Shown: positions 29,523 to 40,241, numbered from the stretch's first letter. The stretch: 64,000 bases of DNA from an uncultured Clostridia bacterium (GCA_944387525.1 CALXFF010000001.1:13242-77241); one strand, 5' to 3'. The notes: generated by a model from the sequence alone, not told the origin. Made by a program: numbers and translations.

Positions 29523-31250
29523 TTATTTTTCTACTATCTCTAACATTGCTTCTTTTAATTCCGCTAATTTTTCTTCCGCTTCTTTTTCAGTATTTCCCTT
29601 AATTCCCATATATAACTTAATTTTAGGTTCAGTTCCAGAAGGTCTAATACAACACCAACTATTATCTTCTAATTCATAATACAAAACATTTGATTTTGGC
29701 AATCCTGTTTTTGATATCTCTCCTGTTTTCATATCTTTAACAACATCTTTTTCAACATCTTTAAATAGCAAAACCTTATATTTTCCAATACTTTCTATAT
29801 CTGTTTCTCTCATTTTAGTCATCATATCTTTTATTTCTTGAGCACCCTGCACACCTTCTCTAACAATTGAAACTTGTGCTTCTTTATAATATCCATATTT
29901 TTCATAAATATCAATCATTGCGTCCCATAAAGTTTTACCTTTTGAAGCATAGAAACAAGCTGCCTCACATAAAGCCATTACTGCTGCAATTCCATCTTTA
30001 TCTCTTGCATAATCACCAATTAAACATCCATAACTTTCCTCAAATCCAAAGACATATTTCTTATCATGGTTTTCATCCGCTTTTCTCATTACTGCACCAA
30101 TATTTTTAAATCCAGTCAAAACTTCTATACACTCTAAACCATAATTTTTAGCTATTGCTTTAGCAAGTTCTGAAGATACTATTGTTGTTACAAATATTCC
30201 ATTAGTAGGCAATATTCCCTTTTCTTTCATTTGTGAAATTCTATACTCTGCAATTAATAAAGCTGACATATTTCCAGTATAATTCATATATTCACCTGTT
30301 TTAGAATCTTTTGCATAAATACCTAATCTATCAGCATCTGGATCTGTTGCCAAAACGACATCTGCATCAACTTTTTTAGCTAATTCTAAAGCCAATTTAA
30401 ATGCGTTTGGATCTTCTGGATTAGGATAATCAACTGTTGGAAATTCGCCATCAGGATCTTTTTGTTCAGGTACTACATACACATTTTCCATTCCTAATTC
30501 TTTTAACAATTTTTCAGCTATCGTATTTCCTGTTCCATGCAAAGGAGTATATACTACCTTTAACTTTTTACCTTGCTCTTTCATAATTTCAGGATTTAAT
30601 ATATGGTCTTTTAATACTTTTATATATTTTTCATCCATTTCTGGTCCGACAATATTTAATAATCCTTTTTCAATTGCTTCTTCCTTAGAAATTGATTTTA
30701 TTTCACTAAAATCTTTTACATTTCTTACTTTTTCTATAATTTCTGTATCTCTTGGACTAACTATTTGTGAACCATCATCCCAATATACTTTGTATCCATT
30801 ATATTTAGGTGGATTATGACTTGCAGTAATCATCACACCTGCTGTGCATTTTAATTCTCTGACTGCAAAAGATAATTCTGGTACTGGTCTTAGGTTTTCA
30901 AATAAATATGCTTTTATTCCATTTGCACAAAGAATTAATGCAGTTTGTAGTGAAAACTCTTTTGACATTCTTCTAGAATCATAACTAATGGCTACTCCTT
31001 TGTCCTGAGTTCCTTGTTCTAAAATATAGTTTGCTAATCCTTGTGTTGCTTTTCCTACTGTGTATTTATTCATTCTATTTGTTCCAGCACCTATTATTCC
31101 TCTTAATCCTGCTGTTCCAAATTCAAGTTCTTTATAAAATCTATCTTCTATTTCTTCCTCATTACCCTTTATTTCCAATAATTCTTTTTTTGTTTCTTCA
31201 TCAAATTCTGGGCTTTCACACCATCTTTTATACTCTTCTAAATAACTCAT
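29523..31250 (-). CDS. phosphoglucomutase/phosphomannomutase
   Basis: TASHNPPKYNGYK active-site serine loop, DPDADR metal loop, GEESYG sugar loop; 575 aa. Confidence 0.9.
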   Translation of the reverse strand: MSYLEEYKRWCESPEFDEETKKELLEIKGNEEEIEDRFYKELEFGTAGLRGIIGAGTNRMNKYTVGKATQGLANYILEQGTQDKGVAISYDSRRMSKEFSLQTALILCANGIKAYLFENLRPVPELSFAVRELKCTAGVMITASHNPPKYNGYKVYWDDGSQIVSPRDTEIIEKVRNVKDFSEIKSISKEEAIEKGLLNIVGPEMDEKYIKVLKDHILNPEIMKEQGKKLKVVYTPLHGTGNTIAEKLLKELGMENVYVVPEQKDPDGEFPTVDYPNPEDPNAFKLALELAKKVDADVVLATDPDADRLGIYAKDSKTGEYMNYTGNMSALLIAEYRISQMKEKGILPTNGIFVTTIVSSELAKAIAKNYGLECIEVLTGFKNIGAVMRKADENHDKKYVFGFEESYGCLIGDYARDKDGIAAVMALCEAACFYASKGKTLWDAMIDIYEKYGYYKEAQVSIVREGVQGAQEIKDMMTKMRETDIESIGKYKVLLFKDVEKDVVKDMKTGEISKTGLPKSNVLYYELEDNSWCCIRPSGTEPKIKLYMGIKGNTEKEAEEKLAELKEAMLEIVEK

Positions 31251-31427
31251 ATTTCCTCCATTCCCCTGTTTTAAATCAGGATTTTTTATTTACTTTTATA
31301 TATTATCACAATTTTTTTAATTAAAAAAGTATTTTGATATTATATTTTAAAATTATATAAAAAATATGCAATCTAATTTTTATTAATAAAAAAAAAGACC
31401 TTCAAAGTTAATTTAGCTAACCCTAAA

Positions 31428-31473
31428 GGTCTGTCCCTTTTGATATCATTTTGAAACAATTTGGCACGTCCCC
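31428..31473. repeat. GTCCC-core dispersed repeat, long form, copy c
   Basis: GGTCTGTCCCTTTTGATATCATTTTGAAACAATTTGGCACGTCCCC sits 2 nt from the TAA of the downstream-facing gene. Confidence 0.6.
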
Positions 31474-31475
31474 AA

Positions 31476-32729
31476 TTAATCCAAATGATAAAAAGCTTTA
31501 TATAATTTTCTTGCAGTTCTAGGGCAATCTACACCAGCAGAATCAGCATTCTTAACAGGTGCAAATTCCTCTTCCCTCTTAACTCTTAAAACTGCCATAT
31601 CATCAACACTACCAAAAGCATCAAATAAAAATGCTTCAAACTTATATGCATTTGGAGAATCTGGAACAACTATGTTTCCATCTTTATCCATATATGTAGC
31701 TTTTTTATATGCAACATGATATGGTAAAGGATTTGCTCCCATTCTTTCTATTGCACTTACACTAAATAAATTACAAAGAATATGAGATTCTCCATATAAT
31801 AATTCACCATTTTCATCTGTGGCTTCTGCCATTTCCTCAGTTATTTCTGAATATTCTATAACATTTGGTTTTCCATTTCTTTTACAGAATACTCCAACTT
31901 TTTCATGTGGATTAGCCTTTACAACTGATTTACAAGCTACAGTTACACCTTTATCTATGGCAATTCCCATTAATACAGGGTCTACCATTTTTACAAGGCA
32001 ATTATCTACTCCACCGATAAATACCCATTCTACTCCCATTTGTTTCATTTTTTCAGTCATACCATTTTTAACTAAAGATTCATATATTCCACCATGTCCA
32101 TCTGCTGCTTCTTTTATTAATCCATCTTCTCCAATTAAAATTTTGCCTTCTGTATCAACCATTGGAAGTTCTCCTTGTATAAAGAAGAAAATGTTTTTAT
32201 CTTTTTGATATCCAAAGAATTTATGTTTTTCAAAAAATTCAACTGTTGCCTTATTATTTTCTCTACTTGTCATGATGAACCAAGGGATAATAACTCCGTA
32301 TTTTTTCCCTTCTTCTTTTAAACTATCAGCTAATAACTCAAACAATGACTTATGAGAATCTAATCCTATATCAAAAGTACCTTTAGGTCCATTATGACCT
32401 AATCTAGTTCCTTGACCACCTGCCATTGTTACCGCTGCAAGTTTTCCTTCTTTAATAGCTTTTTTCCCTATATTTTCATAATATTTATATTTATCATTCA
32501 ATTTATACTTATCTAAATAGTCAATTGGTGTAATTTCATCTTGCTGCTTTTTATTTTCTTTGTTTGCATTTTGATATAAACTATTTACTAATTCAAAATC
32601 TATTTTTTCGATTTGCTCTAATAATTTCTTTTTATGATTTTCATCTAATTTATCATAATGATTTAGTAAATGTTCTTGTCCATATTTTTTTAAAATAGCT
32701 TTTATTTCCCCTAGTTTTTTATCCATCAT
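31476..32729 (-). CDS. UDP-sugar pyrophosphorylase (UDPGP/UAP1 family)
   Basis: MAGGQGTRLGHNGPKGTF nucleotide-binding loop. ATG for MMDKK follows AAAGGA. Confidence 0.8.
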   Translation of the reverse strand: MMDKKLGEIKAILKKYGQEHLLNHYDKLDENHKKKLLEQIEKIDFELVNSLYQNANKENKKQQDEITPIDYLDKYKLNDKYKYYENIGKKAIKEGKLAAVTMAGGQGTRLGHNGPKGTFDIGLDSHKSLFELLADSLKEEGKKYGVIIPWFIMTSRENNKATVEFFEKHKFFGYQKDKNIFFFIQGELPMVDTEGKILIGEDGLIKEAADGHGGIYESLVKNGMTEKMKQMGVEWVFIGGVDNCLVKMVDPVLMGIAIDKGVTVACKSVVKANPHEKVGVFCKRNGKPNVIEYSEITEEMAEATDENGELLYGESHILCNLFSVSAIERMGANPLPYHVAYKKATYMDKDGNIVVPDSPNAYKFEAFLFDAFGSVDDMAVLRVKREEEFAPVKNADSAGVDCPRTARKLYKAFYHLD

Positions 32730-32849
32730 TATCGATCCTTTCAAAGTAAAAATATTTTCATCTAATATTTATACACTATTTTAAAAAATTTATCAACATT
32801 TTCACAAAATTTTCATACATTCTTTAAATAAAAAGGCTCATCAAAAATC

Positions 32850-33323
32850 TTATTGTATCTTCATTTCCCCTGCTGTTCTCAATATTTTATCATAACTATT
32901 AATGATATCATTTGCTTTATCTGTCACTTCTTCTATATCATAACAATCTATGATTTTTAAATTTTCCGTTTTTGAAATCCATTTTTCTAAATTTTGATTT
33001 GCATTCTTAATATAGTTTTCTTTACCTTTTATAAATATCACCATATTTTTATTATTTTCAATATTTCTTTTTATTCTTTTAAATTTATTCAAATCATTAT
33101 TTTCCCAGTCCAAATTTGATATAGCTTCTTTCTTATCATCTTTCAAATTCATTTTTGATAATAAAGTTTTCATTGTCTCGTTTAAATCATTTTCAGTCAA
33201 AATTACTACATCCTTATTTTCTTCTAAACTTTTACACATATAAGGTAAAGCTATCATTTCAAAATGATAATCACTTGCATAAAATGAACAAATCTTTTCT
33301 TTTGTTTCTAACTTGTTACTCAT
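32850..33323 (-). CDS. hypothetical protein (157 aa)
   Basis: Intact ORF, no motif recognised. Confidence 0.45.
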   Translation of the reverse strand: MSNKLETKEKICSFYASDYHFEMIALPYMCKSLEENKDVVILTENDLNETMKTLLSKMNLKDDKKEAISNLDWENNDLNKFKRIKRNIENNKNMVIFIKGKENYIKNANQNLEKWISKTENLKIIDCYDIEEVTDKANDIINSYDKILRTAGEMKIQ

Positions 33324-33631
33324 AAAAAAACATCATCCTTTCAATCTTTTGTGAAAATTCATACTGCAGATTGAAAATTTTATTCCCCCTTTTTGCAAAA
33401 ACAAAACTTATAAAATGTACTTTTTCATAAAGTAAAATGACCTAAAACATACGGAAATTTAAATTTTCTTATTTCTTTCTTCTGGTAAATTTTACCATTT
33501 CTTTACAAATATGTCAAGAATATTTCAAATAAATTTCATCGACTTTTTTCGCAAAATGTATAAAAAATCCTAAATTGTCAATAATGAATTATATAGAAGA
33601 TTTTTCAAAAAAAGTTTTTAGGAGGTAACTT

Positions 33632-34297
33632 ATGAAAAAGATATTAAATTTTATTAAAAATCCCAAGGTAAAAATGGTAACAATTTTAAGTTTTCTATTA
33701 TTTGCCTATACATCAATCTGTGCAATTTCATATGCACAAAACGTATCAACTGATATTGCGGATAGTGTTTTTCGTTTACATGTCATCGCAAATAGTGATA
33801 GTGCAGAAGATCAAAATTTAAAATATATAGTAAGAGATAATTTACTTTCTTATATGAAAGAAATTTGCTCTGATTGTACAAATAAAGAAGAAGCTATAAA
33901 AATAGTTCAAGAACATTCAGAAGATTTTGAACAAATTGCTAAAAATACAATTAATGAACAAGGCTACTCATATGCTGTAAAAATAAATATTGGAAATTTT
34001 GAATTTCCTACAAAGACTTACGGAGATATATCTTTGCCAGCAGGATATTATGATGCTTTACGTGTTGAAATAGGTGAAGCAAAAGGTCAAAACTGGTGGT
34101 GTGTAATGTTTCCTCCTTTATGTTTTGTTGATGTTACTTCTGGAGTAGTTCCAGATGAATCTAAAGAAGTTATGGAAGAAAATTTAGATGAAGAGGAATA
34201 TGCTCTTATATCAGATGACTCTAATAATGAATTACAATTCAAATTTAAATTAATTGAATTATTCCAAGAATTTGGAATTCTTACTGCAAAAAAATAA
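33632..34297 (+). CDS. spoIIR: stage II sporulation protein R
   Basis: Signal/TM N-terminus, RLHVIANSDS...NWWCVMFPPLCF SpoIIR signature. GTATA-N14-GTCAATAAT upstream resembles a forespore sigma promoter. Confidence 0.8.
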   Translation: MKKILNFIKNPKVKMVTILSFLLFAYTSICAISYAQNVSTDIADSVFRLHVIANSDSAEDQNLKYIVRDNLLSYMKEICSDCTNKEEAIKIVQEHSEDFEQIAKNTINEQGYSYAVKINIGNFEFPTKTYGDISLPAGYYDALRVEIGEAKGQNWWCVMFPPLCFVDVTSGVVPDESKEVMEENLDEEEYALISDDSNNELQFKFKLIELFQEFGILTAKK

Positions 34298-34486
34298 TAA
34301 ATAAAGATAGTTAAAAAATAGTTGCAATAATCTAAAGTTTATGTTATATTTTATAGGTAATAGAGTGTTATAAAAAATACACTCTATTTTTAAGCTTAAA
34401 ACATTTATTATAATATTTACAAATACTTATATAAAAATATATATTTAGAATTAAGAAATAATTTTGAATTGACGGGGGTAATTTAA

Positions 34487-35746
34487 TTGGAAAAATTAGT
34501 AGTAAAAGGTCCAACTCCTTTAAAAGGTGAAGTAACAATAAGCGGAGCAAAAAATGCAGCAGTTGCAATTTTACCTGCCACCTTATTAATTGATGGAGTT
34601 TGTACAATTGAAAATTTACCAAATATTAGTGATATAAAAATTTCATGTGAGATATTAAAACAATTAGGAGCAAAAATAACTTGGAACAATGAACATAGCA
34701 TAACTATTGACACAACAAATATTACAACTACAAAAGCTCCTTTAGATTTAACAAGTAAATTTAGGGCTTCTTATTATATCATTGGAGCTATGCTTGGCAG
34801 AAAAGGAGAAATTGAAGTAGGTATGCCTGGTGGTTGTAAACTAGGTGCAAGACCAATTGATCAACATATAAAAGGTTTTGAAATGCTAGGAGCTACAGTT
34901 AATTTAGAAAAAGGAACAATTTATGCTAAAGCAAAAAAATTAACAGCAGCTTCAATTTACATGGATATTGTATCTGTTGGAGCTACAATTAATGTAATGC
35001 TTGCAAGTGTATTAGCAAAAGGAACAACTACAATTGATAATGCTGCAAAAGAACCTCATATAGTAGATGTTGCAAACTTCTTAAATACAATGGGCGCTGA
35101 CATTAGAGGTGCTGGTACAGATGTAATCAAAATTAATGGTGTAGAAAAATTACATGGTGGTTGTACATATAGTGTTGTTCCAGATCAAATAGAAGCTGGT
35201 ACTTTTATGCTTGCAGCAGTTGCAACAAGAGGTGATTTAACTTTAAAAAATTGTATCACAAAACACTTAGAATCAATTACAGCAAAAATTATTGAAGTTG
35301 GTGGAAATGTAGAAGATAATGGTGATAGTATTCGTGTTTGGTGCAATAAAAGACCAAATAGCGCTAATATTAAGACATTACCTTACCCTGGATTTCCTAC
35401 AGATTTACAACCTCAAATGGGAGTTGTTTTAGCTCTTGCAAATGGAACAAGTGTAATAAATGAAAGTATTTGGGAATCTAGATTCCAATATACAGAAGAA
35501 TTAAATAAGATGGGTGCTAAAATTACTGCTCAAGGAAAAACAGCATTTTTTGAAGGTGTAAAAAAATTATATGGTGCACCTGTTTACTCTAGTGATTTAA
35601 GAGCTGGAGCAGCACTTGTAATTGCTGGAACTGCAGCAGAAGGTGAAACTGAAATATATAATCTTGAACATATTGATAGAGGATATGAAAATATAGAAGA
35701 AAAATTCAAAAAAATTGGTGCTAAAATCGAAAGAGTAAAAGAATAG
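34487..35746 (+). CDS. murA: UDP-N-acetylglucosamine 1-carboxyvinyltransferase
   Basis: TTG start. GAKNAAVAILPA, active-site loop PGGCKLGARPID, 419 aa. Confidence 0.95.
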   Translation: MEKLVVKGPTPLKGEVTISGAKNAAVAILPATLLIDGVCTIENLPNISDIKISCEILKQLGAKITWNNEHSITIDTTNITTTKAPLDLTSKFRASYYIIGAMLGRKGEIEVGMPGGCKLGARPIDQHIKGFEMLGATVNLEKGTIYAKAKKLTAASIYMDIVSVGATINVMLASVLAKGTTTIDNAAKEPHIVDVANFLNTMGADIRGAGTDVIKINGVEKLHGGCTYSVVPDQIEAGTFMLAAVATRGDLTLKNCITKHLESITAKIIEVGGNVEDNGDSIRVWCNKRPNSANIKTLPYPGFPTDLQPQMGVVLALANGTSVINESIWESRFQYTEELNKMGAKITAQGKTAFFEGVKKLYGAPVYSSDLRAGAALVIAGTAAEGETEIYNLEHIDRGYENIEEKFKKIGAKIERVKE

Positions 35747-35837
35747 CCAATAAAACATTAATAAGAAAAAATATATTAATTAACAAAGGAAAAATTAGTT
35801 TAAATAACTAATTTATGCCTTAAGGAAGGTATAAAAA

Positions 35838-36626
35838 ATGTTTAAGTTTTGTAGTTTATATAGCGGAAGTAGCGGAAATAGTTTATTTATAGAAACACAA
35901 AATACTAAATTACTAATTGATGCAGGTGTTAGTAGCAAAAAAATTGAAAACGCTTTAAATGATATTAACATTGATCCATCTACACTTGATGGAATTTTAG
36001 TGACACATGAACATATAGACCATGTACAAGGGCTTGGAACACTATCAAAAAAGTTTGACTTGCCTGTTTTCGTAAATCAGGAAACATTAGATGCAATGCC
36101 AAAACAAAAAGATAAAATTTCAGAAAAAAATGTTAAAACATTTAAAATATCAGATAAATTTGAAATTGGAGACTTAGAAATCAAACCTTTTTCAATTCCT
36201 CATGATGCTGCAAACCCATGTGGTTTTAACATTTGGAAAGATAATAAAAAAATAAGTATTGCAACAGATATTGGACATATGACAAATCCTATTTTAAAAA
36301 GTTTAGAGGAAAGCCTATTTATAATGTTAGAAGCAAATTATGATCCAGAAGTATTGCGTTGTTCTCCATATCCTTTTACTTTAAAGTCAAGGATTGCAGG
36401 TCCAACAGGACATTTGCCAAATGAGATGGCTGGAAAGACAATTTCTCATTTATTAAAGTCTGGACTCAAAAATGCTATGTTAGGTCACTTGAGTAAACAA
36501 AGTAATTTTCCAGAACTTGCTTATAAAACTGTTGTGGATGAATTGATTTCTAATAATTATAATGAGGATTGCATTTCACTTTGTGTTGCAAGTAGAGATA
36601 ATCATAGTAAAATTATTACAATTTAA
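35838..36626 (+). CDS. MBL-fold metallo-hydrolase (YycJ/WalJ-like)
   Basis: HEHIDH motif; 262 aa. Confidence 0.8.
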   Translation: MFKFCSLYSGSSGNSLFIETQNTKLLIDAGVSSKKIENALNDINIDPSTLDGILVTHEHIDHVQGLGTLSKKFDLPVFVNQETLDAMPKQKDKISEKNVKTFKISDKFEIGDLEIKPFSIPHDAANPCGFNIWKDNKKISIATDIGHMTNPILKSLEESLFIMLEANYDPEVLRCSPYPFTLKSRIAGPTGHLPNEMAGKTISHLLKSGLKNAMLGHLSKQSNFPELAYKTVVDELISNNYNEDCISLCVASRDNHSKIITI

Positions 36627-37653
36627 TATTATGATTATCCTCACCTTCATTTATATTAATAAATAAATTTAAATCTTCTTCTGTTGGTAATGCTTCTACA
36701 ATTTCTTTAGGTAATATTTCAAAAGAAGATACCCCTATTGGATTTTCAACACTATTTAATGAATATTCAACTGTTAATTTATTTTTCTCTTTGCATAATA
36801 TCAAACCAATTGTTTCATTGTCTTTGTCCGTTTTTATTATGTTATTTACAGCATTTATATAAAAATTCATTTTCCCTGCATATTCTGGTTTAAATTCTCC
36901 TATTTTCAATTCAATTACTACATAACACCTTAATTTCAAATGATAAAATAACATATCTATAAAGTAGTCAGTATTATCTACTGTTATTTTATATTGATTT
37001 CCAACAAAACTAAACCCCTTTCCTAGTTCAATCAAAGTATCCTTAATTCTTTCAACTAAAGCACTTTCAAGTTCTGTTTCTACATATTTTTCTTTTAGCA
37101 ATGGCAAATTAAATATATATGGATCTTTTTGCATATTGTTTGCCAAATCACTTAACGGAGAAAGCAATTTTTTCTTAAAATTATTATCCTTAACCAGTCT
37201 CCCCTGTCTTACATATAAATTTGTATCAATTTGAACTTTCAAAACATCTACAGACCATCCATTTTCTACACACTTTTCCATATACCATAATCTTTCATCT
37301 CTATTTTTTATTTTATCCAAAATAAGCATATTGTGTGACCATGGAATTTGTGCAGACGCTATCTGCACTTTTTCATCTGTACTTAATTCCTTATAAAATT
37401 TTTTCATATTTTTTATATTTCTTACCGAAAAACCCTTTATATTTGGGAATTCAATTTTCATTGCCATACTTAATTTTTCTATAAATTTATTTCCCCAAGA
37501 AGATTTTTCATATACTAATTTTCCTACATAATAATATAAATCTATTAATCTTTTATTTGCATCACTCATTATCAACGTTTGAGTTTTATAAATTTCACTT
37601 TTTATATTTTCTACAACTTGTTTAAAATCTTTTTCTAATATTTTATATTTCAT
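36616..37653 (-). CDS. PDDEXK nuclease-like protein (YhcG/DUF1016 family)
   Basis: DUF1016-like N-terminal region and a C-terminal D...ELK restriction-fold core (IDMLFYHLKLRCYVVIELK). Overlaps the MBL gene end by 11 nt. Confidence 0.7.
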   Translation of the reverse strand: MKYKILEKDFKQVVENIKSEIYKTQTLIMSDANKRLIDLYYYVGKLVYEKSSWGNKFIEKLSMAMKIEFPNIKGFSVRNIKNMKKFYKELSTDEKVQIASAQIPWSHNMLILDKIKNRDERLWYMEKCVENGWSVDVLKVQIDTNLYVRQGRLVKDNNFKKKLLSPLSDLANNMQKDPYIFNLPLLKEKYVETELESALVERIKDTLIELGKGFSFVGNQYKITVDNTDYFIDMLFYHLKLRCYVVIELKIGEFKPEYAGKMNFYINAVNNIIKTDKDNETIGLILCKEKNKLTVEYSLNSVENPIGVSSFEILPKEIVEALPTEEDLNLFININEGEDNHNIKL

Positions 37654-37759
37654 ATATTCACTCTTTTCTTTTTTAAATTTATTTGAAAAAATTATTCAAC
37701 TTTGCTATACTAATTAAAACAGTTATTAAATTAAATTTTTTATTTTATAGGAGATTATA

Positions 37760-38239
37760 ATGTTAAATATTCAAATAATTTGTATTGGAAAAATTAAAGA
37801 AGATTATTTAAAAAGCGCCATAAACGAATATAGTAAAAGACTTTCAAAATATTGCAAACTTGAAATTTTAGAACTTCCTGACGAGAAAATACCAGACAAA
37901 TTAAATACAAGTTTAGCTAATGAAATAAAACAAAAAGAATGTTCTAATATAATTAAACATTTAAAAAAATCTTCTTATAATATTGCTCTTGACCTAAGTG
38001 GAAAGCAATTAACCTCTGAACAATTTTCAGAAAAAATAGAAAACCTTTCTATGACAAATAGTAATATCACATTTATTATTGGTGGTTCACTTGGATTAAC
38101 AAATGAGCTTTTAAATTATTGCCAAGAAAAATTGTGCTTTTCAAAAATGACATTTCCTCATCAATTAATAAGAGTTTTCCTATTAGAACAAATTTTTAGA
38201 GGATTTAAAATTGCACACAATGAAACATACCATAGATAA
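37760..38239 (+). CDS. rlmH: 23S rRNA (pseudouridine1915-N3)-methyltransferase
   Basis: SPOUT RlmH pattern; 159 aa; ends ...RGFKIAHNETYHR. Confidence 0.9.
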   Translation: MLNIQIICIGKIKEDYLKSAINEYSKRLSKYCKLEILELPDEKIPDKLNTSLANEIKQKECSNIIKHLKKSSYNIALDLSGKQLTSEQFSEKIENLSMTNSNITFIIGGSLGLTNELLNYCQEKLCFSKMTFPHQLIRVFLLEQIFRGFKIAHNETYHR

Positions 38240-38281
38240 TTTTTTTATTCAAAAAATTAAGCATATACATATAATATATAG

Positions 38282-38373
38282 TTTTGTAGAGAAAATAAAA
38301 TATAGACAAATTGTAGGGGCCAAACTAAAGAACTTTTGTGCATATTTAAAAATGGGGGATTTTCTCTACAAAA
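38282..38373. repeat. 15-bp perfect inverted repeat flanking a 62-nt core
   Basis: TTTTGTAGAGAAAAT at 38282-38296 pairs with ATTTTCTCTACAAAA at 38359-38373. The core carries AGGGGCC and ATGGGGGATTTT, resembling the dispersed repeat. Confidence 0.6.
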
Positions 38374-38657
38374 TTAAAAACTAAATTAAATCTTACTTTT
38401 TATCAATTAGTATTGAAATAATTTACATTCAAAAAAATATTTTCTATTAATTTTTAATATTCTCTATTTCTTTCAATAATTTTTTTGATAAAATACGAAT
38501 TATAATTTTCCTGATTGTAAAAAATAAGAATATAAATAATAAAATTTTATAAATCATAACTTGTCCTTTTGAATTGAATTTTAATAATTATATATCAAAT
38601 GGAAATATTTGTCAACAAAAACTTTTCGACAAATAACAACATATTTTTCTGTCAATT

Positions 38658-39185
38658 CTACACAAAAAATTGACAAACTATTATACTTATAATAATTCCA
38701 ACAATATCTGCTGTTAATGCTGCAAGTAAAATATATCTTGTTTTTTTAATCTTCACACAACTTGTATAAACTGCAATAGTATATAGAGTAGTTTCTGTTG
38801 AACCCATAATAACAGAAGCCATCATTCCTAGAGGTGTATCTGTACCATAATTTCTCATAATATCTGTTGCAATAGCAATTGAACTACTACCAGAAATTGG
38901 CCTTAACATTGCAAGAGGCATAAGTTCAGTAGGAAATTTTACTATTGATAACAAAGGATTTAAAATATTTATTATAAGGTCTAAAATCCCTGAACTTCTC
39001 AAAGCTCCAATTGCAACAAATAGACCAATTAAAGTAGGCAAAATGTTAATAACGATTCCTAATCCCTCTTTTGCACCATCTAAAAAATCATCAAAAACGT
39101 TTTTCTTCTCTTTTAAACCATATATAACAATAATTAAAATAATTAATGGCATAGCCAAATTCGAAATAAAATTTACTAATTTCAT
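38658..39185 (-). CDS. spmB: spore maturation protein B
   Basis: Polytopic membrane protein of the nucleoside-recognition (Gate) type, downstream of spmA. Confidence 0.75.
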   Translation of the reverse strand: MKLVNFISNLAMPLIILIIVIYGLKEKKNVFDDFLDGAKEGLGIVINILPTLIGLFVAIGALRSSGILDLIINILNPLLSIVKFPTELMPLAMLRPISGSSSIAIATDIMRNYGTDTPLGMMASVIMGSTETTLYTIAVYTSCVKIKKTRYILLAALTADIVGIIISIIVCQFFV

Positions 39186-39246
39186 TATTAGCACATTCCT
39201 TTCTAATGGTGCAGCTTTTATTAAACCAAAATATTAAAAATTATAC

Positions 39247-39840
39247 TTATTTATGCTTTTCGTTTTGAGTTACTTTAATCAATATTTTAACTGCAATAAT
39301 CCCACAAATTGCTGCACAAATAGTAGCAATCCAAACTGGAAAAACAATTGCTGTTGGATTTTCAGAGCCTAATGAATTTCTAATTGCTATAACTGTAGTT
39401 GGAATAATTTGAATTGAAGCTGTATTTATAACAATAAACATTGCCATAGAATCTGTTAATCTATCCTTTTGTGGATTTTCCTCCTGCATTGATTTCATCG
39501 CTTTTAATCCTAATGGAGTTGCAGCATTTCCTAAACCTAAAATATTTGCAATCATATTCATAGAAATTTCTTTTTGAATTTTAGGTTTTGTTCTTAATTC
39601 AGGAAATAAATATCTTATAATAGGCTTTAAAAATCCAGTCAATTTGTCTATTACAGAAGTTTTACTTGCAATTTGCATTATTCCATTCCAAAGACAAATT
39701 GTACCTAATAAATTAATTGAAAGATTTATTGCGTCTTCTGTGCTTTTAAATATTTCTGAATTTAATAAATTAATATCTCCAAAAAAAATTGCATAAGAGA
39801 ATGATAATATTATAAAAATTGTCCAAACTATATTTAACAT
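39247..39840 (-). CDS. spmA: spore maturation protein A
   Basis: Gate-domain membrane protein; the pair arrangement matches spmAB. Confidence 0.75.
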   Translation of the reverse strand: MLNIVWTIFIILSFSYAIFFGDINLLNSEIFKSTEDAINLSINLLGTICLWNGIMQIASKTSVIDKLTGFLKPIIRYLFPELRTKPKIQKEISMNMIANILGLGNAATPLGLKAMKSMQEENPQKDRLTDSMAMFIVINTASIQIIPTTVIAIRNSLGSENPTAIVFPVWIATICAAICGIIAVKILIKVTQNEKHK

Positions 39841-39968
39841 TGTTATCACCTAAATAATTTTATGCAAAACTTGACTTTTTATTACATTTTAATTGACCTT
39901 ATGTCTTAATTGTGATATATTAATATTGCATAGGATTGTAAACTAAAACTTTTAAGGAGGATACGTTT

Positions 39969-40241
39969 ATGAAGTCAACTGGAATTATAAGAAGAGTAGA
40001 TGAACTTGGACGTGTTGTTATACCTATAGAAATCAGAAATCAATTTAATATAGTTGAAAAAGACCCTATCGAAATATATGTTGAGGGATCATCTATCATC
40101 TTAAAAAAGTTTGAACCAAACTGCATTTTCTGCGGTAATACAAAAAATTTATTAAAATATCATGATAAATTAATTTGTAAAAATTGTTCAAAAAAAATCG
40201 GACAATTAGAAGAAAATCAAGAAAATGAAGTAAAAGAATAA
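39969..40241 (+). CDS. abrB: AbrB-family transition-state regulator with Cys-rich C-terminal extension
   Basis: MKSTGIIRRVDELGRVVIPIEIRN canonical AbrB N-domain. C-terminal CIFCG...CKNC. Confidence 0.8.
   Translation: MKSTGIIRRVDELGRVVIPIEIRNQFNIVEKDPIEIYVEGSSIILKKFEPNCIFCGNTKNLLKYHDKLICKNCSKKIGQLEENQENEVKE

Noticed and set aside
31819-32208. A 129-aa plus-strand ORF.
   Set aside because: It is antisense within the UDP-sugar pyrophosphorylase gene and has no RBS.
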